64,000 nucleotides of DNA from Macrostomum lignano (GCA_002269645.1 NIVC01000887.1:124001-188000), one strand, 5' to 3'; positions 48,201-61,974 are shown, numbered from the stretch's first letter. Program-made: numbers and translations. The notes: generated by a model not told the origin, from the letters alone.

Positions 48201-49850
48201 ACTGAAAGCGCCGATAATCAAACCAATTGAAATTTGTTACCAGCCTCCTCCATTACTGAATTTACTCAAATGATAGCTGGCCTGAATTTGTGTACTCAAC
48301 CCCCCCCCCCAACTACAATCTTGGCAGAAATTTTAAAAGTATGGAATCGTTTTTTCAATGCTGTGCTTTTTGTTTTCATATTTAAAGCAAATAACTTAAA
48401 TCCCCGAATTCAGCGTTGCAAGATCCTTCCAGCAATATAAGTCTCTCCTCTCAAAGTTAAAAAAAAGGAACAGTTAACGTCTGAACTTCCCGGTTCAAAG
48501 CATTAAGTATCGAGTGTACATTCACCTGCCTGCTGTTTATTCATTGAATTTCACTGCCCAGCTAATATACAGACAGGCTGCCTTTTGAAAGGCGCCGATA
48601 GTAAAACCAATTGAATCTCGACACAGTCCTATCTATCTGTTTACAATGTACATTGCTATGTACACTCAGCCCAAACCAACCCTCCGTTCTGGAGGGAAGC
48701 ATTAAATTTAACTGAACCCCCCAACACGCGGGGTTTTATTAGCATTGAACCCAGAACACGCATCAACCACCCCTCCAATACACAGCGACCTGCGGGGGAG
48801 GTTGGGGTGGTTGTTTTTACAATAATGCCACTGGAGAGGCAAAGTGGCCAAAGAAGGTTAAGAAAACAGTTTTTTGCTTTTTTAACGGACTTGACTTTTA
48901 ATTTTTCAACATTAAAATAGCCTATTTGTTGCGTAGGAAAATTTTGAATTGATATATGTAAGTCCCGCATTTGAGTTGCCAGCCGTCTAGGAGGAGATAC
49001 GCGTTAAACCCGGCCGGTCGATCGACCCACTCAGCTTTAGATATAAGAACGAGGCCAACTCCTCCTTCGGAGAAGAAAGGGGAAGAACTCCAATCAGCGG
49101 AATTCCATTCCCTGAACTCCATCAGCGGAATCCCATTTTCCAACACCTCTCCGCGCAACAGAAATCGTCTCCGTGAAACTGAACACTATCGAAATCCTCT
49201 CCGTGAAACTGAACACCATCGAAATATTCTCCGCGAAATAGAAATCCTCTCCGTGAAACTGGACTAAATCGAAATTTCTACGTCAAATAGCCCAGCTCTC
49301 AGAATTCATTGGTTAGGGTTAGGGTTAGGGTTGACAGCTGCGTGTTGAAAGGCGCCGTAAAAACATTGAACCAATTAAATTGCGCAACTTATTTCTCAGG
49401 CAGTCAGTATCAGCCTCAGTTAAAGTTAACAAAAAGATTGCGCAATCTAAATCAACCCTCAAATACACAGCAACCGACCCCCCTTCCAATACGCAGTGCA
49501 GCTAGAAATTGAACTCCCCCCCACCAACTATTGGGGGGTCGGTCGAACCCCCATTGAACTCCAAAATGAGCACAATCTTTGCAGAAAGCTAAAAGTATGA
49601 AAATCTTTTCTTGAATGCTGTGAATTTAATTTTCATATTTAAAGCAAAAAACTTATATCCCCGAACTCATTGCAGCAAGATCTTTCCAGCAATATAAGTC
49701 TCTCCTCTCTAAGTTCAAAACTCGAGCAACAGTTAGTGTTTGAAACTTTCTGATTTTAAGCATTGAAATATCGAGTGTACGTTCACTGCCTGCTAAAGAT
49801 GCTCGCAAGTTTATGCATTAAAATGCACTGAATTTCACTGTGCAAAAAAT
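48200..49850. repeat. Local ~1.26-kb-period duplication
   Basis: ttttcatatttaaagcaaa..tccccgaa..caagatc.ttccagcaatataagtctctcctctc occurs at ~48375 and ~49630; gaaa(g)gcgccg..aaccaatt occurs three times. Confidence 0.8.
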
Positions 49851-52149
49851 ACACAGGGCTTCCTGTTAAAAAACAGAACACAAATAGTTGCGCAATTGTC
49901 TATAAAGTCAGTCAGTGAGCCAGGGTTCAAGTGTACACACGCAGCCACTGAGAACGCGACCATCCCCCCACTTGAGAGAAAATACACTGCCAAGATAGAA
50001 AAATTTTATGGCGCAATCACTAAAATTGATGCAAATTTTCAGCTCCAAGCAGAAAGAGGGGACAATTGAGATTATCAAAGGTCAAGACCGCCATTTTCTG
50101 CTTTTTTAGGGATCTTAAAAATTGAAAATGAAAGATTAAAATAGCCTAAAGCCATCCTCGGAAAATTTGCAGTTTTCCCATATAAGTTTCAACGCTGACT
50201 TGCAAGTATTCTAGGAGGAGTTATCCAACAAACACACACACACACAGACAAACAACGCACCAGTTTTAGTATTAAGAGAAGAGAGAAGATACTCGTATTA
50301 AAATAATAAGACTCATTTATGCTTGGGAAGATAGGAAGTACCCGTAAGAAGCGTCAGGTTTACCGCGTGCGAGTTATGTACCAGCTCATCGTTTTTATTA
50401 AGCTACTTCGGTGGTTAAACTGTTTTGAATTTATCCGATTCCAAATACATGTAGCTCGTGTTTAGTGATAGTAAATAGAAAACACATAAAACATGCGTCT
50501 AAAGTATGTTTACGTAGTCTTAGTACTTATACAGACAGTAATCAAATAAAAGCACATAGGTTTTAAACTTTCACAAGCTAGAAAAATTTGACTCATTAAA
50601 AATTTAGTACCTCATGATAAGCTCTTTAAGAACAGTTTTCAGTTGATTGTGAAATTTCTAGTTTATGGAAGGCGTTCAAATATAAATAGTCGTGGACAAA
50701 ATAGTGGGTCCATAGCTTTTATCCTTTAATTAGTGATACGAGACAGCTACTGCTTTACAATTTTAGTCCAATTTAAGCACATGGAATAATAAGGGAATTT
50801 TGAGCATTTTTACAACTTGCATTGTATATGTATTTTAATGAAACCAGAAATTAAATTAATATTTTTTTATTTTGCAGACATAGAAGGTTTTAATTTTTTC
50901 AGCACAAAAATTGCTATTGCTTTTGATAGGAGGCAGATCCAGTGCTCATCTTTTGATATGTTGTGCCTTTCTTATTGCTCTATCGATATTCATAAAGCTT
51001 TACGTTCAGAAATAGTTTTAAAGGCAGGTTTCACCGGAAAAATACATACACTACGGAAATAGGAAATTTCACGATTTTCAACACTAAAACAGTGAAGTTG
51101 CATGTCCTTAAAGGATTATAGATAAAAAATAAATTAATAGTATACCGGTATAGTTGTTAAGGCGTTAAATGTACATGCTAACACAAAAAGATTTCGATTT
51201 TTAGATTTGCAAAGGAACTGCAACAAGTCAGCCATCGAATACGTTTTTTTTCAGGTTGCCGTCATTTTTTTAACAAACCAAATTACGAAGCATATGATCT
51301 GAAATGCCGAGGAACTTGGGTCTTGTTACTACCAGCCGTATATTGCATTAGCAGCTATGCTTGGCACATCATTTGATTGGCAAATACAATTTAAATACTC
51401 ACATTGACACTTGTCACGAAGATGGAGAACGTATGGATCGAATAATAGTATTTGGCAGCCGTTCTCTTCAGAGCATCGTAGCAGCCCTGCGATTGTAGAA
51501 TTTTTAAGCCATTAGTTACAACGTGAATTTTTCATGATTTCACTGGCAACAATGTACATTGACTGTCACTCAGTTTTTTATCTAAATCAAAGCATGCAGT
51601 TAGTCAATGTGTGTCATGCATTTCATAATCCTTTCAAAAGTCTGCGCAAGAACTTCATACTCCGACGGGCACAGGCAAATGACAGCAGTCAAATTTCGAT
51701 TCCCTGAAGCACTGGAGCGTCGCATATCGCTTTTTACACCGCGTCGGCTGCTTGTGGGATGCGCACAAGCTGCCGTGACAGGTTGACCATAGAAGTAAAT
51801 TAAATATACTTGATAGCAAGTCTTGAGTGTTGGTGATCTAATGTGTGTACTTTGAATGTCATACATGTAATCTACTCAAACCAACTCTAGACCCTGTAAA
51901 GAGTGCCGGTTTCAGAGAGAGACATTTTCACAAGCGCAAATTTCACATTTTCGACCGTTTAAATCTCTTGCTAGTCACAATTCCGTTAACTTTACAACTT
52001 AAACTAGTTTCGACGATGTGAAGTTTCAAGTCCTGCGAAGTTTACTAGCTATCTTCGACAATATGATTTTTTTGGCTTATGGGAAGCGACCTTCCGCTAT
52101 GGCTTAAGTTGGCATCGCCTTTTGAGGACACAATATTGTCAGCGGCGGG

Positions 52150-52975
52150 GTTTCATTGTCGGCTGATTTTCCATGCAAGAATGGCATTCTTGCACTCTTT
52201 TGCGTGCAGGAATGGATGTCTATGGTAAAATCTCACTGAAAAAGCATTAGGCGCAGAAATGCATTCCTGCACGGTTTTGTGCATTCCTGCACGATGAATC
52301 ATCCGACAATGGAATTCCTTCACGTTCACTCGTGCGTGAAGGACATCGTGCACTCGTGCGCTAGCGCGCACTCGTGCAGATGTCATTCCCGCACTCGTGA
52401 CCGTGCAGGAATATATCATTCTTATTTGATCCAGCGTGCAAGAATGCTTTGGAAGTCGCCATATGCGTGCAGAAATGCAAGTGTCTATGGTAAAAGCACC
52501 TTGAATTTACATGTGCACTCCGTGCAAGAATGTCAATCGTGCAAGAATGTAATGCGCAATGTTTCTATATTTAGCATAACAGCCATATACTACAAGCACA
52601 ATCTTCTTTCCATCGTGCAAGAATGTTCAGACTAGCTCGCGCATATTTTGTCTATGGTTCAAGTCTAACTCCACACCCCCAGCTCCACCCTTGTCTACTT
52701 TAGGCACACATGTTGGATCAAATAAGAATGGGAATCAAGCACTTTGACTTGTGCGTCTATGGCAAAAACCCTCGTGCGCTACGCGCACTCGTGTTTCAGC
52801 CATTGACGCACTCGTTAGCGTTCAAGAATCCTAACATTCTTATTTGAGCCAGCGTGCGGGAATGAAGGCAGTCGTGCAGGAATGAAATAATCTATGGCCA
52901 AATCTCCACTGTTTTACACATGGACATCGTGCAGGAATGACACTCTCCGTTCCTGCACGCAAACAATTTATTTAT
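52150..52975. mobile_element. Foldback-type insertion present only in duplication unit 1
   Basis: Recurrent gtctatgg, cattcctgcacg / cgtgcaggaatg and cactcgtgc motifs; its first ~130 bp recur at ~60250-60378. Confidence 0.55.
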
Positions 52976-53958
52976 ATGTATTTGATTATTTAGTTGTATT
53001 TATTCAATAACCTTAACAAAACTTAACATGAAAAAGTCCTGCCCAATCAAAGCTAATAAAGCGGGTTTCGTCTGTCTGTCCAAAAAATGCTTTCCTGACT
53101 GATTTGAACGGCGCATCCTGCCGCTATCCGCTTAGAGTAACAACAATACGTATTAACTACAATATTAATTCGGGCTGGATGGCGTGAGCCAATTACTGTT
53201 GTGAGCAGGAGAATAGCTTTGCTCTGCGAATCTATTGTCAAAGCAGTCTTACGCAGAGGGAGGTTGGTTACGCGTAGAGGTTATAATGGGCCGAGCTCGA
53301 ACTCGAGCAGCTGTACTCGATCTTTACCTGCTATTGTCCAAGCGCTCGCTCTTCGTGCTGCACTGCGAGTCTGCCTGCGCCTTGAGGCGGTGGGCTCGCC
53401 ATCTATTTTGTTAGCTATCTTTTGCTATCTGTATCCATTTCGAGCGCTGAGCTGAGTGCATGGGTCCTGCGCGTTCCCGATGAAAGATCTTACAATGCAA
53501 GCGAACCAAGCCTCAAGGCTTTTCACAGAAATATTACTACAGACCGCGGATGGGTTCCTAACACTTAGTAATCCTTCTTGCCAGATACTCGTACAGGTAC
53601 AGTATAACCGTAGCTTGTGCGAGCCTGTGTGTAGATCAGCATCAGGGTCCGGCAAACTCTATGATTTTCAACCCCGAGGCCAGATAAAGAATTAGCTATA
53701 GCTCCAGGCTGCAGACCAGATAGGAGAGAAAAGAGGAGAGAAGAGATCTATTTGAAAGATGGCTATTGAAAAGTTTCAAAGAACCGAGAGCCGGATAGGG
53801 AGCTGGCTTCGCGGGCCTTCTCGGGTTGTCTGATCAACGGGCGTGTAGAGGTTTTTGCGGTCGTCTCTTCAGATAAATTTGTACACAAAAGCAGAACTAT
53901 TTCACTACTGCATGAATCGTAATCTGTGAGAATGCTTACTGGCATAGTTTCTAATTAC

Positions 53959-55590
53959 CTTTCTGTGCGGATAATGGCCTGTGTTGGGACAGTCGGGGTC
54001 CCGCAAATACGATCCAACGGAGTTCCAATTGCTGTCCTTGAGCAGACCCGCTCTCTTTGACTGCATCGGGCAGCAGCTCACTGGTATCACCTGTCGGATG
54101 CCCTTGTAGGTTGGTGAGGACTTGTGCCACAGGGTGGTGTTGCCGGTGATGTCCCGGTAGCCGTTTGTTCCGCAGCATTCGAACTGGATGAATTTATTGT
54201 TCAACAATTGCTTGGCTGAGGTATTACATTGTCGACCGGTTTTATCAAACTCTAAATTCACTTCTGAGGAATATGTACGCAAATACGCTTGCAAATTTTC
54301 TGAGATTTTGGTAAGGATTTTGCATGATACTTCTGACCTGACCTTCATTGACCTCCCCTGGGTGGTTCCCAAATCGTCCCCTCCAACCTCAATGCAGACC
54401 CACCCACAAAAAATTAACATAATTGAACCCCCAACTTGCCTGCACTTGCATGTGGTTAATCATCATGGTGACTTTGGCCTCGGTAGTAGAATTCTGCTTC
54501 AGCGCCAGGCTCAGCGGTTGGAAGTAGTTCCTGTCCAGAATCATCAGCTTGGTTCTCATGATCAACCCGCTGTTGACGCCTACGTCATGGCTGATGCCGA
54601 AGCTGTCCATGAAGCCAATGCTGATAAAGCCCAGAATGCTGGGCAGCGCCATCAGTATTGGACTCTAAAGATTTCATGAGTTATTACTGACCAAAATTGA
54701 AAATGCAATTCGAGTGTTTCTAAGCAACGATCGATCGCCTTCGTATGGTCGAAATTTCCTCGATCTCAGATTGTACTTTTAAATTTTGCTTAATTAGAGC
54801 TTCTTGATTATTAAGATACTATTTTTAGAGGTTAATGCTAAATGCTAAATACTGCTTAAACTAATTTCTGGTTAAAAAATCCGTTAAAAGCAGAGTCTCC
54901 ATATTAATCGCTGGAGCTGAGCTGATTGCAGCCGAGTCAGATAGCTGTAGTAGCCATGAACTCGCCATAAACTACTCTTCTGTTGCAACTGAAGGGAAGA
55001 AGGACATTTTTGTTTCAATTTTTCAGCGCAAGGAAATGCCGGTTGTACATTCTGGGTACGTCCTATACTCCGTGGTTTGGACTTTCGGTTTCTCAATACA
55101 GTTTGTTTGTTAGACTCTACATGTATAAGAAGCAGAAACATGGTTTCAGACATAGACACCACGTGGCATTGCCTGTCTGCTGCCAAAATTTCGTATATTA
55201 GTGAGGCTTCAAGTCAAAAGTGAAGCTACGAGCCCTAAAGGTAGTATTTTTCAGTCCTGAAACAACTAGCTCCCCTGACCCAAGATCATGACTTACAATC
55301 AGGCGCTCCTCGTTGTTCCTCGGTTCGCAACAGATGAGCAGCCCGCTAGCGATGGAGAAAACGCTTAAAACCACGTTGATTCCGCCCACTACAAGAAGAG
55401 TTTGCGGAGCCCATGCCAGTTTCAAACCGCCCACCGGGTGCAGATCCTGCATTAGCAGCTGCATCAGCTCGAACAGCGGGCCGTGAGCGACGCTGACAAC
55501 CCAGATTGACAGGCCGAGCAGGGCCAGGGCGGCTATCAGGCCCGCCGAGACGATGCCGATAAACAGGTTCTTTATCCATTGCTGAGACAT
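53959..55590 (-). CDS. Tetraspanin-like gene, copy 1 (exons 55590-55297, 54664-54440, 54183-53959; TM4 exon not resolved)
   Basis: Three hydrophobic segments, then NHMQVQ|FECCGTNG..PVSCC..DCP, the tetraspanin EC2 signature; the exons are phase 0 and stop-free, and intron 2 has a GC donor. Confidence 0.72.
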
Positions 55591-57220
55591 TTCTGAGACG
55601 TGTGAAACAATTTCAGAGAAATCTGCTAAGTGGCGAGAAATCCGGTAAAAATTTATATTCATTATTCTTTGCTCACTAACGCTTTTAGCTCAGGGGGGGG
55701 GGGTTGAAGACTCACTTAGTGCACACACGAGTACAATAGTACACTCGTAATTTTCGCAACTTGCTGCTGTACATTGCGTCACCGCCCGCGCCGAACGCAC
55801 TGTGTCTCAATGCCTAATCATAGTATGAAGGAGGCTGCATTTACGAGCGTTATAAGATACGACCTTAATACCGTCGTGACTAAAATCTCTTTTACTAAGT
55901 TGGATTCAAATTGTTTTATTATTTAATGTAGAAAATTAATTTACTAAACTAATTTAAATCCAGTTATAGATGATTACGTCATAATGCACCACGATAGTGA
56001 AGCAAGAAAAGTACATGTACATCTTATCCCGCAGGTACAAAAATTAAGGCTTAAATATAATTTGTTGATTTAACTATTTGTGACCTCGTAAAAAGGGGCT
56101 TTATTTTTTTATAAAAGCTGGGTTCATTCTTTTTATTAAGCTATGATGGTTAAATTATTGAATATATTAAATCAAAATTCGCATGGGTTAGTTATGGTAA
56201 AAATCAAAACTAAAAATACGTGCGTCTCAGTTACATTTTTTAGAAGCTTAGAAACTTTTAAAATTTTAGAAGCTAGAATTTTTTATTTAGTAAGAAAAGT
56301 CAGCGGCCATCAGCTTCCAAAGATCAGAGCGCAGTTCTCCAATTAATTTTGACATTTATAGCTCGTAGTTTATGGAAGTCGTTTAAAATATGAATAGTCT
56401 CAAACAAAATAGTGAATCCATAGCTTTGGTCAGTTTAGGGAATGATACAAGCTACTCTTTCCAATTCCCAGGTGTAGTTGGGCAAAATAGCAGGGTTTAT
56501 TATTACAGGTAGCGCAGATTTGCCTTGACACTAGTATTAGTAGCCTTTAGTTGTGGGAATATCAGTAGATAAATTACTTACTCAAAACTTAGAAAATGAC
56601 AGGAAAAAGGAGTAAACTGATCGAGGATAATCATGCCGCAATGAAAAAATGAAAGCCAATCAGGTAATGTGATAAAAATTGAACTTAGGAGGTTAACCAT
56701 CTTTTGTAGAACTTAAATTATTTTATGAAATTATTTTTCGAGCAATCGTACCTCACCTTATAAGGATTATAGAGACAGTAATATATTAATAGTGGATATG
56801 CATGTAATTGTCAAGCCGTACTGTATGAAAATAACGATATAAATAATCTGTTTTTAATTCCCAAGGAAGAGTGAGTTATCGAATGAGTTTATTTTGGCGT
56901 GCAGGTCAAGCCTCAGCTTTGTTAGCAAACGAATTCACAAACCAAATTATGAAGCATATGATCTGAAATGCAGAGGAGCAGAGTTTTGTGGTTAACCTGT
57001 ATTAGTGGCTTACTTGAATGTCATTTGATCGGCAAACACGATTTATAAATACTCACATTGACACTTGTCACGAAGATGGAGAACGTATGGACCGAATAAT
57101 AGTATTTGGCAGACGTTCTCTTTAGAGAATCGTAACAGCCCTGCAATTGTTTTGTGGCGAATTTTTAAGATTTCACGGATAACTACGTACATATTTACTA
57201 AGCTACTCCGTTTTCGATCT

Positions 57221-57505
57221 AATAATAATAATAATTGATTACACCTGCCCCAATGGGCAGATGTGTAACCGACAGCTCAGCCGCAGCTATTGCGCGGCGC
57301 ATCTGAAGGCTGCGTACGGCTGTTCAGTCCAAGGACTGGGGGGGGGGGTCGCCACACACACCCTCAATTACCCCAACTGAACTGAAACAATGCAGAGTTA
57401 AGTATCTTACTCAAGGACACAAATTGTTCCCAGTGGGATAGGGAATCGAACCCCCAACCTTCCAGTCGTGAGTCCGACGCTCTAACCACTAAGCTACAAC
57501 CCCCC
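57221..57505 (-). mobile_element. tRNA-derived SINE with core-like domain and (TTA)n tail
   Basis: Minus strand: A-box TAGCTTAGTGG, B-box GGTTCGATTCC, then gtgtccttgagtaagatacttaactc, ending in ttattattattag; absent from duplication unit 1. Confidence 0.85.
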
Positions 57506-58764
57506 ATTTCTACGCTCGTATCTACGGTAATTTTCTATCTAAATCCAAGCAGTTGGTCAAATTGTGTCAGTTTGTCAAAACTTCGTAATCCCTAAGATTG
57601 CAATCCCCTAGTCAAGCGCTTTTTAACACACTCCGGCACAAGGACGCAGTCAAATGACAACAGCCAAATCTAACAACGATTCAATAATGCAATTGTTTCC
57701 CTGAAGCACTGCAGCGTCGCATATCGCGGTTCACATCGTGTCAGCTGCTTTCGGAATGCGTGGTGGCAGGCGTATTCTTTGAGATCATTACTAGTGCATT
57801 GAATGTGATTGATATCATATTTGATCACTGCTTAACAAATTCAAAAGTGCTCAACTAGCTTTGCATGGATATAAAAATCGTTGAAAAAAATTCAGACCTT
57901 TTCACAAGCGTGAAATTTCACATAATCGATATGGTTCACTAATTCGATAGAATAAAAGTTCAAGCTTGTGAACTTTCGCTCTAGTGAAAGTGTCTGACAT
58001 TTCGACGATGTGACATTTTGAGCTTATAAAAAGCGACTCAGCTTGAGAGTTGGCATCCCCCTTTTGAGGACACAATATCGATCTATATGGCTTTCATTTC
58101 TACGCAACATTCAAAGCAAATAAAGCCGGTTTCGTCTGTCCAAAGAATCCTTGGATACTACTGCTCCCTGACTGATTTTAGTGGCGCACCATGTCGCTAT
58201 CCGCTTACAGTAACAGCAATATTAATTCGCTGGATGGCCTGAGCCAATTAATGTTGTGAGCGGGAGAATAGCATTACTCTGCGCATCTATTGTCAAGCAG
58301 TCTTGAGCAGAGGGGGTTGGCTACGCATAGAGGTAGCATAGACTTTGAACTCGAGCAGGTGTACTCTCTTTGCTTGCTATTGCCCAAGCGCTCGCCCTTC
58401 ATGCTGCACTGCGAGTCTGGAGGCGGTGGGCTCGCCATCTGTTTTGTTAGTTCGGTCCATTTCGAGCGCTGAGCTGAGCGCATTTCCTAAGCTTAAGCGG
58501 ACTATTATAACTATATACAGGTAGCTCGATACCATCCGATGCATCTCGACGGGTCTCAACGGTTTTGACAGGAATATTGCTAAAAGCTGCTGTTAACTGT
58601 AGGAATTTTTTTCAAGCCAGATTCATCACCGGTACAGTATATCCATAGCTTCAGTACGAGTCTGTGTGTATGAGGTAGATGAGGGGTCGGAGGGTCGGAG
58701 AGTAATTAGCTCGAGGGCCAGATGAGCTAGCTCCTGGCTGCGGGCCAGAGGGAGAAAAGAGAAG

Positions 58765-58999
58765 CAGGGGCGTCGCCATGGATTTTATGGCGGAGGGCAA
58801 AGTCAAGAATTCTAAATTACTAAATTTCTACATTTTTGAAATCGGTGTTGTCAGCACTCATTTTAACGCACCCATTTCGGCGCCCTGGAGTAATATTACT
58901 GGTTTCCATAATTGGTCTCACGGGCGGGGGGACAAAGCATTGGCCCTTAGCTTTTACTGGGTGGGGGGACATGTCCCTTGTCCTCCTCGGTGGCTACGG
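58765..58999. mobile_element. MITE-like insertion specific to duplication unit 2
   Basis: caggggcgtcgcca ... ggggacatgtccc..tggctacg with imperfect inverted ends; missing at the homologous site (~53735) in unit 1. Confidence 0.55.
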
Positions 59000-59268
59000 T
59001 AAGAGAGGAATTGAGGAAGAGAGATGAGAGAAGAGACACAAACGCTGAGCGGTATTGCTATAGTGAAGTTTCCAAGGACCCTAGGGTCGAAAGGCTCCGC
59101 TGCCTGGAATTTGCCGATTCAGGACGTACCTCGTAGATACATGCAGTAGTTGCATTTATGTCTTTGCAGTCGTCTCTTCAAACAAATTGATACTCATGAG
59201 GAGCATCATTTCCCTATAAATGTAACTGTACTAAGCATAGTCCATCAGATGACACAGTTTCCACTTAC

Positions 59269-61478
59269 CTGACTGTGAGGGCTGCGGCCTGTGTTCGGGC
59301 AGCCAGGATCCAGCAAATACGACCCAACGGAGTTCCAATATCCGTCTCTGAGCAGGCCGGCTCTCTTTGACAGCATCGGGCAGCAGCTCACTGGTATCAC
59401 CTGTCGGGTGCCGTTGTAGGTTGGCGAAGACCTGCTCCACAGGGTGTTGTTGCCGGTGATGTCTGACGGGCCGTTCGTTCCGCAGCATTCGAACTGTAGT
59501 ATATGAGTTAATTGTTCAACAATTGCTTGGCTGAGGTAATTACATTGTCGACTGGCTTTATTATTAAACTCTAAATCCACTTCAGCTTGCACGGTTTCTG
59601 AGATTTCTGTAATGATTCTGCATGGTTCCTCTAATCCCTGCAGGACTTCTGACTTGACCTTCATTGACCTCCCCTGTATGGTTCTCAAGATGCTCTACCA
59701 ACCTCAATGCAGACCCACCCACAAAAAATTAACATAAGAACTCCAAATTACCTGCACTTGCATGTGGTTAATCATCATGGTGACTTTGGCCTCGGTAGTA
59801 GAGTTCTGCTTCAGCGCCAGGCTCAGCGGTTGAAAGTAGTTCCTGTCCAGAATCACCAGCTTGGTTCTCATGCTCAATCCGCTGTTGACGCCCACGTCAT
59901 GGCTGATGCCGAATTTGTCCATGAAGCCAATACTGATAAGGCCGAGGATGCTGGGCAGCGCCATCAGTATGGGACTCTGAAAGTCAATAGAGGGATTACT
60001 GGCAAAACATGCCATTCGAGAGTTTCGAAGCAACGATCGCTTTCGTAAGGTCGAAATTTCCCCAATCTCTGATTGTACTTTTACTTCCCATTTTGCTTAT
60101 CTCAAGCTTCTTTATTAAGAAACCGAAAGTTCTGCTTTTTTCATTAATGCTATTTTTAGAATGCTAAGGTCGAGGTGGCTGCTCAGAGTTTCGATTTCTG
60201 TATACGGTTTCTTGTCCTTATGATTTTTGCGGTCCGCTCAGAATCGTCATTGTCGGCTGATTTTCCATGCAGGAATGTGGCATTCTTGCACTCTTTTGCG
60301 TGCAGGAATGGATGTCTATGGTAAAATCTCACTGAAAAAACATTAAGCGCAGAAATGCATTCCTGCACGGTTTTGTGCAACTTGACGATCATTATTCACA
60401 TTTTGAATGCAGAACAATCCATTAATACAAACAATGCATTGTCTGTAGGATCGTCAAACAGAAAAACAATGCAAAGAATCAGCGGTCGCAGCACGTGACA
60501 ACGAATTGTCTATGGGTTGTCACGCAATGGGACCCCTGATTATTTATCCAATGTGTGCCCGCGGTTTTAGTCTATGGCATTGTTCAGCGTAGAAAACAAA
60601 AGTTCAACTTCCTTCATCCATGGTTACGAGCTACTCGTATTAGCTAGCATAACAAAAGTACATTTATTAAATATACGTCAATACCAGAACGTTGCTTAAT
60701 CCTGAATATTTCATTGACAATGAACATCAAATAACGCGTGTCTCTACGCGCGATATGAAACTTCCGGATTCCATAAGTTATCGGGGTAATTGGGGTCAAG
60801 ACCTTTACGGGCTCATGAGCACTGTTTGGACATGAATTTAAATTCAGCACTATCCAGGTCAGTAATGTCGCCAGTGGAGATTGTTTACGTGTATAAATAT
60901 TATAGGCTCTTTTCTTGAGGATTCTCTCAAGCTAATGCGAAAAAACTACAGTTTAAGAACGGCCCGTTATTACCACAGACTAAAGTGCCGGGCAGAAATG
61001 AATTATAACCATTACTGTAGTTGGGCTCCCCTCGCATAAGCAGCAGAAGCTAGCATGGTTTCGGACATAGACATCGTGGCATGCAATTCAATGACCCCAA
61101 TGACCCAAGATCATCAATGTATACCTGTGCATGTGCGTGTACGCTAAAGCTACATGCAATGTACAAGAGTGAGGCGATATGACTTACAATCACGCGCTCC
61201 TTGTCGGTCCTCCATTCGTACCAGCTGAGCAGCCCGCAAGCAATGGAGAAAACGCTTAAAACCACGTTGATTCCTCCTACTACAAGAAGAGTTTGCGGAG
61301 CCCATGCCAGTTTCAAGCCGCCTACCGGGTGCAGGTCCTGCATTAGCAGCTGCATCAGCTCGAACAGCGGGCCGTGAGCGACGCTGACAACCCAGATTGA
61401 CAGGCCGAGCAGGGCCAGGGCGGCTATCAGGCCCGCCGAGACGATGCCGATAAACAGGTTCTTTAGCGTTAAGGGCAT
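59269..61478 (-). CDS. Tetraspanin-like gene, copy 2 (exons 61478-61188, 59976-59752, 59493-59269; TM4 exon not resolved)
   Basis: Same exon structure as copy 1 with canonical GT-AG sites; FECCGTNGPSDITGNNTLW..PVSCCP..GCP. Confidence 0.72.
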
Positions 61479-61974
61479 TTCTGAGATGTTAAGTCGCAGG
61501 ATATTCCGTTACAAATTAGTATTTCGTTAATTAGCTAGCCGCTAATTTATTCCTTAGCTGAGTATCGCTTTCAACTGGGGGTAGGGCAGAGACTCACTCT
61601 GTACTCATGAGTGTACGCTGGTACAATAGCAATTTTAACATTTGCTAGCAGCTGTATATGCACCATCTTTCTGGCGTTATCTGAAACCTAATCTCCTGAG
61701 TAGCCAGCCCAGCTCTCAGAACGATCTGGAATATCGTAGTATAGTACGATCCATCGGTGTAGTAAGAGCATCCATCTGACTATTTGCATTAAAAAACTGA
61801 TTGCGATAATTACATATACGACATGAAGTGCAAAACACAAGGGTTTTTTTGGAAGTCTTATATGATGCTTTAACAGAGTTCCGACAATGTCTCTATAGGC
61901 ATGGAATAATCAATCGCATGCGCTGCACTCAAGGACGACTAAAGTAACATGTACATAGTAGCTTTAGTATTCCT

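Larger units (their letters stand above)
50620..61490. repeat. Tandem segmental duplication, ~5.7-kb period (unit 1 ~50620-55650, unit 2 ~56340-61490)
   Basis: Collinear matches, e.g. aaatactcacattgacacttgtcacgaagatggagaacgtatgg at ~51393 and ~57047, plus all tetraspanin exons. Confidence 0.92.

Noticed and set aside
57435-57505. tRNA gene
   Set aside because: A and B boxes run straight into a SINE body and tail; no proper cloverleaf acceptor stem.
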